Assembly: GCA_040954595.2 (NCBI GenBank)
Contig: CM082596.2
Coordinates: 372,001-436,000 of the forward strand
Reading direction: 5' to 3'
DNA from: Balanoglossus misakiensis
Taxonomy: Eukaryota; Animalia; Hemichordata
Length of the DNA stretch: 64,000 nt
Below the pieces are notes generated by a model. That model did no database searches. It was not told the origin of the DNA and saw only the letters and a program-made list of their open reading frames with translations. Below are positions 13,945 to 27,400 of this stretch, in pieces; within the stretch, counting starts at the first letter, position 1; every line of letters starts with the position of its first letter. Position numbers and translations under genes: made by a program.

Positions 13945-14280
13945 CGTATACTTGATTGTCCCGTAAAAGTCACAGCGCCGTGTGTGGTTGGTCAATTATT
14001 TCAATCAATGAACTTCCCCAAGTGTCGTTCAATATAAGACATCAAAGTTAATGATGGGTCAAGTTGACATCCGGCATCACAGCACTGCTACTTGTTTTTG
14101 TCAAATATGAGACCCTCGCTGATACAATGGTGAGTTTTGCGGCAGTCTGAGGATCCTAGGAGACGGCGGTTCTAAAAGTATAAGAACCAGGTGGAAGCTA
14201 CCGGAGAGAATTGCATACAGCTGCTGTGTATCTCTCTCTCTCTACCAACTGCTTGAAATGCGTTGCCTAAGTATAAATAC
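13945..14280 (-). promoter_or_regulatory. Candidate TATA/Inr promoter and non-coding first exon
   Basis: Minus-strand TATTTATA (14272-14279), Inr-like GCAGTT about 25 nt downstream (14247-14252), and a strong donor ACG|gtgagt at 13945/13944. Only short uORFs in the exon. Confidence 0.4.
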
Positions 14281-16236
14281 ACACAGAGCAAATTCACAGA
14301 ACGTGTACAACCAGTACATGCATGTTTTAGAATGACTAACCTGCTGAGCACTGACTATCGCTATCCTCAGTTTATACACTATAAACTTTCACTCATAATA
14401 TATAGAAATAGAAATGTATGTCTGAACAGAAAAGCTTGTACCTCTCACACTGGCTGGAATCCATTCCCCTCGTGGCCATGTTGCTGCCAGCTGATGCAAC
14501 TCTCGCGTCTAGTCTGTGGTAGCTCCATGGTAACAGCCGCAATTGGGGCCAGGTCAGGTCAGGTCAGGTCATGTGATAATAGGGATACCGTATCTATAAG
14601 GCGCCTTCTGATTGATTTACTGGCCCAATAAAGCCCGAAATTTCCACGGGAGCATCTATGGATGTTGGTCAGATGTAGTGTGAGGCGACAGCATAAAAAA
14701 ACCAAGTCGCCGTTCCCTACATCTGATTTTAATCAGATTGAATCTGCCCAAGCGATTAATATAGTCTTTGCAAAGCTCTTAGAAAAGGTCCAGATATCCA
14801 AAAGCAGAGATTCCTTGATTTCTTTCCTCTCACTTTTATAAAATTGAACAAATAGCAACAAATAATGCTCATTAATCTCATAAAATGCCTTACATATAAG
14901 ACAAACTCGCCATCCTGTCTATCTTTAGTAGATAGAAGTCATTGACATTACAGATACTCCTATGTTGAGTATGATGATGTAACCTGCTTTCTGCCAGAAT
15001 TCACATTATCAGATTTATGCTCTATTGTTCAGATTTATTTAATTCAACGAACGTAGCATCATGACATTTTCACACTATGGATGAAATACCACGGTAACAG
15101 GAAATGAGAGTCCACGGTTTCTTTCATTTGAATGATGACAAAACGATTACAAGGTATGCTATTCAAACAAGATTTTAAAGGTGGAAATGAAAGCATGGCT
15201 GGGTTGGTTTAGATGAGAATAGCCAACTGGGTGTCTTGGTGTTGTCATGCTAGATCGACGAAATAATACATCACTGATGAGGCAGTTAACGAAATCATTA
15301 TGAAATAAGCAAAACCATTGTGAATATCCAAAGAAAAATCACCTGGGGCTCATTCATTTCCCGCCGAGTTCTACATTTATTTATTTCAAATATTTGTTCA
15401 GGTTCAGGTAATTACTTATTCTAACATTCAAAACGCTCTCTTTCAATAGACTTTCCATAGATTCATTTACACTTCAACAATAAAACTAATGCCAATACAA
15501 TGGGCGATTTATTAACTCCCAATATATGTAGTATTATGTGAAATATGCACGTCCAGTCTATTGACTGATTTTTTTTTCTCTCGAGACGATCTGGATTCGG
15601 ATGGCAAAGGTTGTGCAAGGATGACACAAACCTTGATGGTAAATATGCATTGAATTTTGTATTGGATAGACAAGGCAAAACATCGTGGTTTGGACATTTG
15701 TCAAGTTGTCACTCGTCATCTTTGCTTATAGTTTAGTATGAGTGATTTAGGACGTATCTGATAAGAAGTTGAAAAAAAACTGTCATTCTTTGCATTCTGA
15801 CGATGTCGATCACGCGATTCCGTGATACAAAGTCCACCCAATAAGAAAGAAGCAAAGAAATTAAGAGGCCTCTCACTGTCACTCAGGTGCATATTTCAGA
15901 AAGACGTTGATGACTCCCATGACCGATATTAATCGGGTCAGTTAAGCGAACATAGTGGAACTCCAAAACAGCGAGTTCCCAGGGATTAGGCGGTTGTACC
16001 TTAGCTGCATAGTGAAGACATGATGAATAAATGCATGTAAATCATAAATATATTAGATTAAGAATTTTCCTCGACAGTTGCATGACTCAAACGCAGATTT
16101 TTATATTTACTGATTAAATCATCTACTCAAAATCACGTCAGAAAATATTTCCAGGTATTGTTCCAAAGTGGCAGATAGAAATTTCTATTTTGGCTTAGCC
16201 CACTTTGTGAAGAAAATTACTTATGCTATACCTGGG

Positions 16237-16400
16237 ACATTTTTCATGGGTTATAGCTCATGAAAATTGTTCAAAAATGACAATTTCCCGATTTTGCCAA
16301 TTTTGGTGATTTTGTCATTTTTGAACATTTTTCATGGGTTATAGCTCATGAAAATTGTTCAAAAATGACATTTTCCCGACTTTGCCAGTTTTGGTGTTTT
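16237..16400. repeat. 88-bp tandem duplication containing a 58-bp near-perfect palindrome (16313-16370)
   Basis: acatttttcatgggttatagctcatgaaaattgttcaaaaatgaca begins at 16237 and 16325. Confidence 0.85.
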
Positions 16401-16904
16401 TATTGAAATTTTGCCAAATATTTGCTGTTTAAAGTCAACATGTCATGTAAGCATCTTAATTGTCTCAGTCACGACCGAATATTTCATTTTTCACCGGAGA
16501 TATTGATTTAATAAACTGTCCTTTTGATCGTTTAATTAAAAGTAAAATACCGTACAATAAAGTGGGCATGGGACATTGTTGTAACCAGGAAAGTCTATGT
16601 ATTGCCTTTTGTGGCTGGTGTAGTAGTTGGAGATATCGCCAATCGATATGCGGGGACGAAATTCAGTTTAGATGTTGGTTTTTGAATTGTACATCCTACT
16701 GTTTGCAATCGTCTTGAATCCCTGGTAACTGAAACAACATTTTATCGGGGCGTGATAAATTTCTGCCTACAGCGCCCTCGTGTGGCCATTTGTAGGATTT
16801 TTTCTGGTCAGTTGTTAGTGTTAGGTAGTAAATTGAGTTTTTGTTTTGAACAATAAATAATAAAGAAAGCGTACTCACCGACTTGAGTTCATGTATGGTT
16901 CGTT

Positions 16905-16910
16905 TTTATT
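16905..16910 (-). terminator. Probable BMPER polyadenylation signal AATAAA
   Basis: tttatt on the plus strand about 1.35 kb downstream of the BMPER stop. Confidence 0.45.
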
Positions 16911-18258
16911 TACAATACCATTTGGACAATACAACACTATCACAGGAGAAGGAAGAGAAATGGGTTAAAAATACGTCTGCACTAAATACTATTTGCTTAT
17001 TCTGTGACAAAGATGAATTATGTATCACGAAAAGGAGGTCATTTTATGCACCAAATTAAAACCCGCGGTGAACTTTGTCGCCAGTCTTACCAAAACAACA
17101 AGAATTGATTTTCTGGCCAAAATCTAAATTGTAACAATGATCAAATAATGTATTTTGGAAACACTTGTCTTAGTTTTGTTGATGTACAGTGAGCCGCCAC
17201 AGGTAAAAAAGTGAAAGTTACTAAAATTTCATCGATGAAACATTACGAACAGCTTAGCAATGCCAAGAGTTCTTACTGATTTAAAATTAATTTCAATTCG
17301 TCACGTCTGTCAACCATCCTGTCTCTCAGATACTAACTAAAAACTAAAAATATCATAAAACTTTATCGACATAAAAAATCTGTAAAGGTATTAAAACATG
17401 ATCAGAAGTACTTGGTACCGATAGAACAATAAAAAATAATTTATACCCTTTGGGCCACTGCGATGGTTCAAAGTGACGATTTCAGTTTTTTTTCAAAAGT
17501 TATATTCTAATTAAAATGCAAATGACGCCCTTTTCAAAAGATCTATTTACTACAACTTTGAAGGCGTACTTTCTATAATCTATAATTTCAATCGATAAAT
17601 ATAAAAAAAACTTTTAACTGTGGTAAATGTAAATGAATAAAAACTAATATAAAAGAACTTGCTTTTTTCTTAAAATGAAGTGGCTCACTGACCCATTCGT
17701 GTTTGTTTCCTATGAACTATTAAAACTAAGACTACATTACTCAGAGTTTCAAAAAAACTAATAGCAACTTAGGCCTGACCCGTATGATCCCAAGTACTGC
17801 AATAATTATGGAAAGCACCAAAATAGATAGTCGTGTGAGTTGTCCCGTCAAAAAAAGATGGTGGCACCCCATGGGGGTCATGTGACTAAATGAACAGTGC
17901 GCATCAACACTGGCAATGTTTTCTGCTTCAACAACAAAACGGTAAACGACGACAAATATTTCACGATGACGGCCGTGTCGAAATTTCGACTTAAAGAAAA
18001 GTGGTCACGAGAATAAAGTTTTTGGGACCTTTGCCAAGAGTAATCTCGGTCAACATATCAGCATAAATGTCTTGTTACATTCAGCTATGCTGCTCCATAA
18101 TGACCAACTAGAATGGACCTTTCAGTTTCCGTTCGGCTGTACTGGATCAGTAGTAGCCAATCAGAAGGGATCTTTCTTAAGTTCAAACGAAAAGTTCCAT
18201 AATTGCCCTTGACACGGTACCCCAGCCTGTCAACACATAAACTTCAAGACCACAGGGT

Positions 18259-18437
18259 TCAGCTAGGACATCTCTCGGGTTGGATGCATTCGTTTTCATG
18301 CAGAACTAATCCATCGGGGCAGGTACATCCTGGTTTGCACAGTTTCTTACACTTGTTACGTTTTTCCTTGTTTGCGCATGTTCGTTGACATGCAGGTGCG
18401 CACATTTCATAAACTCCACCACGCGGGCAGACCTCCA
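18259..18437 (-). CDS. BMPER: BMPER exon 15 (TIL domain, stop)
   Basis: EVCPRGGVYEMCAPACQRTC...CKPGCTCPDGLVLHENECIQPERCPS*. Confidence 0.93.
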
Positions 18438-21400
18438 CTGAAAGACAAAAATGTGTACAATCATGATGGTGCTCTAAACGTCACTACATTGATGGTTACC
18501 AGAGACACCATCCTTTAACAAAGAAGCAACAGAAAAGAAAACATAGAACAATATCCATGTAAAATGACCAGAATTTGACACAAGATACCATTAGCCAATC
18601 GCAATCAAGTTGACCAATAACATATGCCTACCTTTGCAGACGTGTCTCTTTTTCCACTTCACTTCGGCACCCGCTCTGATACACTCCCTGTGATAGGCTA
18701 TCGTTGCTTCACACTGACAATCGCCATCTGGTGGACACTCGCATACATCGTTTATGCAGGAGCTGAAATGAAAATAAACAATACTCTGTGTAGTTTCACT
18801 CATTTTTTGCCTGACACTCAAGTTTGGTCAGTAAAGTTGAAGAAGGGCAAAAGAAATTTCAATGTACCTATAATAGGGATCCACTTGAACCAACTCCTTA
18901 CAATCATCAAACACTTTCGACTTCAAAATCTTGCATTTTCTTTCGGCTTGTCTCCAGTTTCGAGATCCTTCTTCACAAGTCCTGTCTTTGGATTTTATCC
19001 TTTTTCTTTCTGGCCGGCCGCACAGACTTCGGCGACCAATTCGCCAGGTTTCGGCAAACGACGGCGCATGGTTCTTCAAAACGCCCCCACGAGTTGTGTA
19101 GTCATCCCACATATTGCCGTTGTAATTCCCACATAATCCGCAAAGTTTGTCTTTGTAAGACGGTGGCACTAGAACTTCAAGGTAGCTATCGCCGTCCCAT
19201 ATTACAACGATACCTGGAGAAAAGAATTGATTAAATTCCGTTTGACAAATCAGGACCATGATATGCTTGAATTTTAAACTTAATTTCCACGAAAATCTTC
19301 CATGTACACTCTTGGTATAGCGCCTTCAACGTACATCTCAGTAATAATGTAAATGCCTCACCTAGCGCAGTGGTTAGCTTGAGTAAATTACTTTCTTGTC
19401 GGATAGAAAACAATCCAGTCTCTTCGAAAGGAATGTTTATCCTCTGTCGTTTGTACTTCACGTTGAATTGCTGTTGGAGTTTGATGTCGATACCTCCAAA
19501 GGTCACGTGAACGGACTGCGTCCAGGAAAACGAAGCCGTGTTGCGTGGATCATTGCGTACACGTACCATGAACGTGTTGTCATAGCAATCCGACGCCAGA
19601 ACATATTTACAAGTGCCTTGAAAATTATACAGGCGGCCATCAAATGTTTTATAGTGGGGATCGCCGAACACTGTACACACGCCCATTTCTGAAATCAATA
19701 AATTAGGAAATGCTACGTTCATGTCGTTGAAATCGCAGTTGGAATGCTATACTGCGAATCGGAGCTTGATCATTGAGTAGAAATCACCGAGAGTAGAGCA
19801 ACACAAAGTTTGACAACTTACTTTCTACGCAACGTGGACAGCATTCGCCATCTGGTGTCTTCAGTGTATGATCCTGTAGAGACAGATAATATTTTTAGTC
19901 GATCGCCCTCTACCAATCATTATATAACTACCCCTTTGTTTTTCTCACTGCAAGTTATAGTATATTCACCACGATCAGTTCTCGTGTATAACGCTCAAAT
20001 ACCGCCAACTGTGGCACAGTTTGTGCCGACGTCTAAACACGTCTGGTTGTAAAAATTCGCGAAATTAGATGTTTACTTACACGTGGACAGTCAACACGAT
20101 TGTCACACTGCAGAGAACGACACGTCACCGTTTCCTGTGCACATGAACATTCGATGCAGGGATCGTCGATGTCCGACCACACTTCGCCTTCCTGTTACAA
20201 AGATAGGAAATAATTTAGGACAAATATATGACAAAAATGTCCCCACTGTTTTTGTCAAGTTCACCGGACTCCAAAGCAACGATACACAATCAATCTTATC
20301 CAATTATTTCGCCCAAAGAAATGAAACTAGTGATGTAGTCACTTACGTGGTACGTCCTATTTTCAAACGTACACGTCCGTTGTTTACACTTTGCACAACA
20401 AGCGCCCTCCTCCAAAACAATGTCAGCTTCTTCGCAATCCAAGATTGGACAATTTTCCCGGCGACATATCACTGTTGCATCCTGTGTGAAAAGCAATGTC
20501 AAAAGTCAGGAAATTTCTTTTAATTTAAGAATAATACGACTGAGTTGATGCGGACTTTCACAAGACGATATCAAGGGGTGATTGCCCAAATACTCACCAA
20601 ACAGATGCATGTTGTACATTTGTCTTCTTCGAATTCTTCTCCGTCCGAGTAGACTGAATTGCGGAATAAACAGCGATTGGCCAGATCAAATGCACGACGA
20701 CGAACTGTAAAAAGACCGAAAACTTAAAGTAAGTCAACAGGTTTATTTAGAAGACAGTGGAGAGAGAGATGGGGTGAGGAAGAGTGGGGGCAGATGGATA
20801 GAGAGAGAGGGAGAGAGAGAGAGAGAGGGAGAGAGAGAGGGGGGGATTAATTTTCCGGATTTTACTTTACCTGCACACTTGGGACAGCAGTCTCCGGTCG
20901 TCGTCTCCTGTTGCTTCAGAGGACAGGAGAGCACTGGACAAGCGCGCTTTTCACACCGTATGTTGCCGCCCTGTGTTAAAAAAAACGCAGAGACATTAAT
21001 TGCCCCGTAATTGCCATGCCAATGCTAAACTGCTCGTGCACCAAATTTCAAAATGTAGTCCCTTATTTTTCCATTCCACTACACAAACTATAGGGTCAAG
21101 GTTTGACAAACTGCAAGCTATTTTGAAGTCGGTTGTAATTTCCATCACCGGATGCAAGCGTGCGCCCACAATGTCAACTATTCGTTGTCGGTCATGTTCA
21201 ATGTCAGACTGGTTGCTGACCAATTGATGTGGACGACCAGTAGTAGTGAGACAATTATCTCCTTGTCTTTCGAACAGTAGGCATTGACGGTGTATTGGGA
21301 AATAGTTTCACCCAAGGAGTTCACGTGAGAATCTCTTTACAAAATGGTGACTACTTTTGGCCTATTTCCCACGATGGTTACCACGTGCTATAGCATCATG

Positions 21401-24400
21401 TTCATCAATGTAAGCGGACATTCTTTGAGGGTCATCCCGGACCATGAATTAAGTACACAGAACATAAATCTTAGTGTAATTTTCCCTTGCCGCGTGCAGT
21501 GTGTCTGGCTTTGACTACACTTCAAACATGGCGAACAAACGTTTCATCAACACAAACCGAACCACTTAGAGGGATGACCTATCATGACAGCCAGTGTGGC
21601 ACTGTTCATAAAACGAAAATACATTGTCCAGATCTCGCCTCGCCTTTGTCAAACGATTTACTGCACTTAAAAAATTTAATGCTTTATACGAAGACAACCG
21701 CCGCAAGTTCTTTCTAACGATTTGATGAGCAGACTGCTTGTCCGGGGAGATTTACGACTCCAAGTATGATTACAAATCACTACAATGTGGATTTTTATAG
21801 TAATCGTGTGCTTTGAATTGTGCAAAATGTACCAAAACTCTACCATCATCTACAATCGACCAAACCTACCTCACAAACGCAAGCGATACAGGGATCTCTT
21901 GGGTCCTTGAACGTTGCGCCTTCTTTGTAATTATGGCCGCCATAAGAACAACCTGTAATAGCAAAACGGTACGTTTTATATCAGTCACCAGAAGAAAAAA
22001 ATATGTCGACAAAGGTAATAATTATAAATGAAACTAAATCGATTTCAGTGATATTTCCGAGGTCATGGTTACCTTGACATGACGGACAGCATTGGTCGTC
22101 TGTGATTATCGGATTCTTACAAGAAACAGCACACTGCGCGACTGATGACGTCACAACACCTTCCTGAAACAAACAAGATAAGACGCATAAGGAGACGGTC
22201 TTGAAAATCGAAAGTAAACGATAACAGTCTCAAGGTCAATGTCGTTACAAGTTGACAAATATCTAAAATCTGCGTCTCATCACGTGACCTTACCTGACAT
22301 CGGAAAGTTTTGCAAGGATCTTCAGAAGATCTCCACATGCTTCCACTCTCATACTTTTCTCCATTGTAAGAACATCCTATAGAAAAAATCGGACTTCGTT
22401 TATTTCACTTTTCACACGATAAAAAAGGCTGAAGAGAAATGGTGGAATAGTTCTGACCTGTGCGTCGATATGGAATAAATACTTCGAGAAAAAGGGCCCC
22501 ATATTAGTAGACGATAAATGGGATTTGAAGACACTCCATTTATGAAAAGAAAAGTCTAAAAACAATCGCATTCTCAAAGGACGCCGACCGCTGTGGTAGA
22601 GATGACCACAGGGTTATCGGAACGTGGCCAGTTGACTTGAAAGCGTGCTGGTATTAAAAAAGAAAGCTTATCGACGATACACTATCATGTTTCGGGTTTT
22701 TTCCTTCTTGCCCCCAAAGAATGTGGCCACGTGTCTGGTTTACTTTGCTTTAGGTTTTAATCCATACTTAAATGTGGTCCATCTCTGGATTAGAGGGAAG
22801 TTTTAAAGCGCTACTCTGGTTTCGAAACTTGGTGTGTCCATCGGGAATGTGTGCTGTGTGTGTTCTCTGCGCGCGATACAAATAATGACATTTAGTCCAG
22901 GAAGAAGAACAATTTCTGCCAGTGGACGCTGATGTTCACCATACCTTTACACTTTTCGCAACAGTCGAATCCTAAACTGGTAATGACCAATGCGCAATCT
23001 TCTATGGACTTGCACCTCTCTTTAGCACACTCCACTTGATTATTCTGTAAGAAATGAATTAATAATGTTTTATATTCTGGGAGTTCAAATCAAAGGTTTG
23101 GTGTATAGATGGACTGTGGTCGGTCAAGTGCGCAAACTTTGACCCGACCTCGATCATGTTCGTTGGCCACACTCGTGGGTGACGCCAAGAGCATATGCGT
23201 GGGCATGGCGTGGGTAACTACGGCTAAGGTATTAGTTGGGGGCGTTGTCGTACAGTGCTTGTCACCCTAACCAGAGAGAACTTTAATTATCGCCGACTGA
23301 AATCGCAGATGATTAAATACCTATAGAATGATAAGAACTTGAATTTGTATTCAAATTATTGGACTTTGAAGGAAATGTATAGTCAGTAGACAATCGACCA
23401 ACTATCTTATCTGGGAGCGGTTTTCAATCTCTCGTCAAAATCATTAAGTACATCAGAGGTCGCCGATACCAAGCATTTTAATATAAATTTGGCAGATAAC
23501 GTTTTCAAGTCAACTGCATGAAGCTTAACGCGCAGGCGTGTATTTGTTTCCTCGGGTTATGAAAGGGTTATCGAAATTGACGACATTTTCTATTGCTGAT
23601 AGGCCTTTAAGAAACGTATGTACATACGCCGTGGCAACCAAGTTAATGAAGCTTATCACGGGCAGAATTATATTAGTGATCTGTTATTGTTAGTCCCTAC
23701 ACTAAATCATTGCTTTGACCCCTGACTCCCGACGACTCCGATATAAGTTGACTTTGTATGCGAGAATGTTCGTTGTGAAACTTTCTGAGCGGGTCTGCTA
23801 ATGTTTGACACCCGCTTGAGCGATTAGCTTTGTCCATTATAGAACCTGATGTTGTTTTTTGTTAAACCCCGCATCACAATTATCCATGAGCCTCGGGGAA
23901 TCGAGTTTTCAAAATCAGATACGTTTCCTTGAATCTGAGATAGTGGGTAGGAGAGATACTATCACATGCATATAGACAAGATGCAAATACAAAAAATGAA
24001 GGAGATCGTTGTCTTCATCGCGTCTAATTACTTAAGTGATACTGCTCGTCGAAAAATAACCAATAAAATCCACATCAGAATAATCACGTTGTGAGTCATC
24101 ATGAGGTTTGTCTTCGAGTTGTAAACAGCGTCGCCTTTTAAAAACTTTACGAACGAGTGAAAACGCGAGTCTCCAGCAGAACGGACGGGTGATCACGTGA
24201 TTGACAGGGAGAGATTTATCCGAATCGACTCATGGCAATTTAATGTGGTTCTTTAATCTCGACAACATATGCAGCGCAGCGACCTTCATTTGGGAATTGA
24301 CGTGAGTAGCAAAATAGTTTCTGCTGCCAAATAATCAATCTGACGAGAACAAACATATACTATCACTTTAGGCAAGAGTTTGACCTAGTGTGGAAAACTT

Positions 24401-27400
24401 CCCAGACGAGTCTGGACAGTTCTGCGCATTAACTGATAACAGGCCAATCAGCAACACTACTCTGTAAAGTTTTAACACGCGTTCCTCTTAAAAGGCAATG
24501 CATCCCTTCTTATTTTATCAGTCATACTCAGTCTACAGAGACCAGAGGAAAAAATAAACGCTGTTTTATTTTGGATATTCCAGACGCTATTTCTGATCTG
24601 CTGAATTCTCCATCGCTGGAACGTGTTTTTTTATTGGAAAAGGAATCAATTGTTTCTATGGTTACGGGCGGGGAAAACAGCTTCTGAGGTGAAGCGGGGT
24701 AAAGAGAAGGGGTGTTGTTTTCACGCGTTGTGGGTCACGTGTCCGCGAGGACGAAATAATATCTCGGTAAAACAAGGTTCAAGTTGGGGAACAACAATTG
24801 TAAATAATGAATGTACACAGTGAAAGTGGCTTACTTGGTCACGTAATGCATTGGTTTGCGATTTCGCGATTCAAACTCTTAATGAATCAGAAAAAGCATG
24901 TACAAAATCGTCGCTTTGGGGCAAAATTCGTTGTTAAAGGATCTATAGAGTCCGATCTTTACACTTTACAACAGCATAGTTGCCATTAAAATGGTCGGCA
25001 TACCGTTTCCGACAACTACTCCATGTTTCAAATTGGTAGACAAACATAAATATTGTGTTTTTGAATAAGCGTCCACAAAGCATCCCAGTCTCAACTTGTA
25101 TACGGGTTGCATACAAGTCATAGACTTGCTTTAGTTTCGTTGCCAGTGACCACAAGTACCGCCAGACAGACCGTTAAAACACGCTGTAACTACTTGGGAA
25201 GTTGGAGTGAGTTTGATTTGGAAAGAATGGCTCTGCATTGCCCTACACCACAGTGGAATTTACGTTGTTTAGTCTTTCAATGTTGTCTGTCCCTACTGAC
25301 TTCCTCGTCAAAATTGAAGCATCTCTGTTCACCTCATTCCACCGCTAAATATGGTGTCATGGTTACGGATAGAGCTACAATACGTCACCAGCGATTTTCG
25401 CATAAATTGTCACACTGCATCTCATACGATAACACATAGAGGATATGGCAGAGAATCGATGTTAAAATCATCCGTCCGCGCGTTGCGTACACCTGTTCTG
25501 TCTCTTATCAGCGATAGGTGTGAACACAGACACTCCACAAAGACCGTGGTTTGCATTCGGTAAACCGGGATTACTGAATCAAACAACCAGGTATTACTAG
25601 GATTCTCTCTTCTTGCCAGAAAAAAAAATCACCGAGATGAATCAAAGTTCTCACCGGTGGGCTTAATTACCAGGCTTTGTTCAGAAACGGATTATCTACG
25701 AAGTGGCCACCGTGCTTTGGTCTTACGAAGACAAAATAATGAAATCATAAATTCACAAGACAAAAAAGAAGCGATTCGCGTAGGTCGTGATTTGGATAAA
25801 CAGGTTTTGTCTTTTCAAAAGTAAAACTATAGATGAAGTTTCCAGTTCCGCACTGTTTTGAGTAGCCGGCCGGCAATTACGTATTCAAATAGCGAACATG
25901 ATACTCATCACCGGCAGATAAAAGGACGCATCTAGCAGACACACTGGCCATGTTCTTGTCCCAATTTCATACTTAAACTTATCCTACAACTCATCTTATC
26001 GACATTTTGGAACCGAACCGAGCGTGAGTCATCGGCGGTGTAAGTTGGTATACGAAATCAAATATTCAACGAGTTTTCAATTAAATCACTTTGGCACAGC
26101 TGGCCTCGGCCATTAACCTTCACAAACGCCATTTTCCAACCAAAACTGAGTTACTGTAATTTGGTTGGATGCAAATGTTATGCTCCGAGTCTAAGTTGCC
26201 TGAATAATTCATCAGGGATGATAGATTGTTTTCGTCCGATGTGATAAATATCTGTAAGTGAAATGTGTATCCGGAAACCCGGTGTTTTTGATCATTCTGT
26301 TAATGTCGTATTATCCTTGGCGACGTGTTGCGGCTAATGTTAGGAACTGGGAGATGAGTCAGATATTTCACGCGCAAAAAAACTTCTTGCGAATATTCTT
26401 TGTGAAAATATTGGATATACATGTATGATGACGCAGACAGTTCGAAGCGAATTGCCCCATATCGAACCAGGACAGTTTTCCACCTCAATCGCGTTCTTGT
26501 CTCGCTATTTTCCAGTGCGCCAACCGATTGGCCAATGCAAGACCGGTGTCCTTTTTATTGTGAGGTGTTGATGTCTATCCGATAATGCCTACCAGTCTAT
26601 CCAGCAAATACTAAGTCATCAACATTTTCGCGGTGTCATTTATTACAAGACATTAAAGATTAATGCGACGGCCTACTTTTACCAAAAATACAGGTGTAAA
26701 AAAGTTTGACAGTGACCACCCTTTGACAACAGTAAATTACACCAAGTTAATACGCCGGTTCGATTGACTCCATTTACACTGGAATTAGCGAATTATAGTA
26801 TTAATGCTGGGCTTACACGGCTGGGGTGTCCCCTCTAATCCAGATTAGGGGGTCCGCTGACTTATAGCTCCGCAAATCATTTAAAGATTTTGCCGTCTTT
26901 CTCAAATTCCGATAAAATTCACCGCCAGGGACTCGGTAGCCGTGCACAGCGGAATGGAGTACGTGATAGCGAAACATCGATGGCTAGTTTTTTTTTTTCA
27001 AATCAGAGAAAACGATCGTTTCAAAGCTCCAATGGTCGTATTTTGCATCAAATTACCAACCCCTACATAAGGGCGAATAACCTTGACAGTCAAAGAATGT
27101 GACAAATCATTATGAGAAGGACTCGCAGCAATTACATCACAGACAGCTTTAACGCGCATAAAAGTATGCGAACGATGGACGAGTCTTAGACAAGATGTCA
27201 TTCTCACCACTTTACATGGCGCCTACATTTCGCGGAAGAATACTAAAATGGCCGTCGGATAATTGGGCAATTTCAGGCTGAATAAAAGCGCTTTTAAATT
27301 CAGCAAATACTGGTAAAGCAGCACATATGCGAGGTGCGAAAAACATCGAAAATAAACGCGTCTTGCAAGAAATGTCTTTCATGGAGACTAAATTGTGGAA

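Noticed and set aside
17836-17846. 11-nt complement to the recalled miR-2009 5' end in the BMPER 3'UTR
   Set aside because: The miRNA sequence is recalled rather than verified, it is lineage-restricted and the organism is unknown
22784-26844. 14-bp inverted match (TCTGGATTAGAGGG / CCCTCTAATCCAGA) flanking BMPER exon 3
   Set aside because: A 14-mer inverted match is expected by chance in a window of this size
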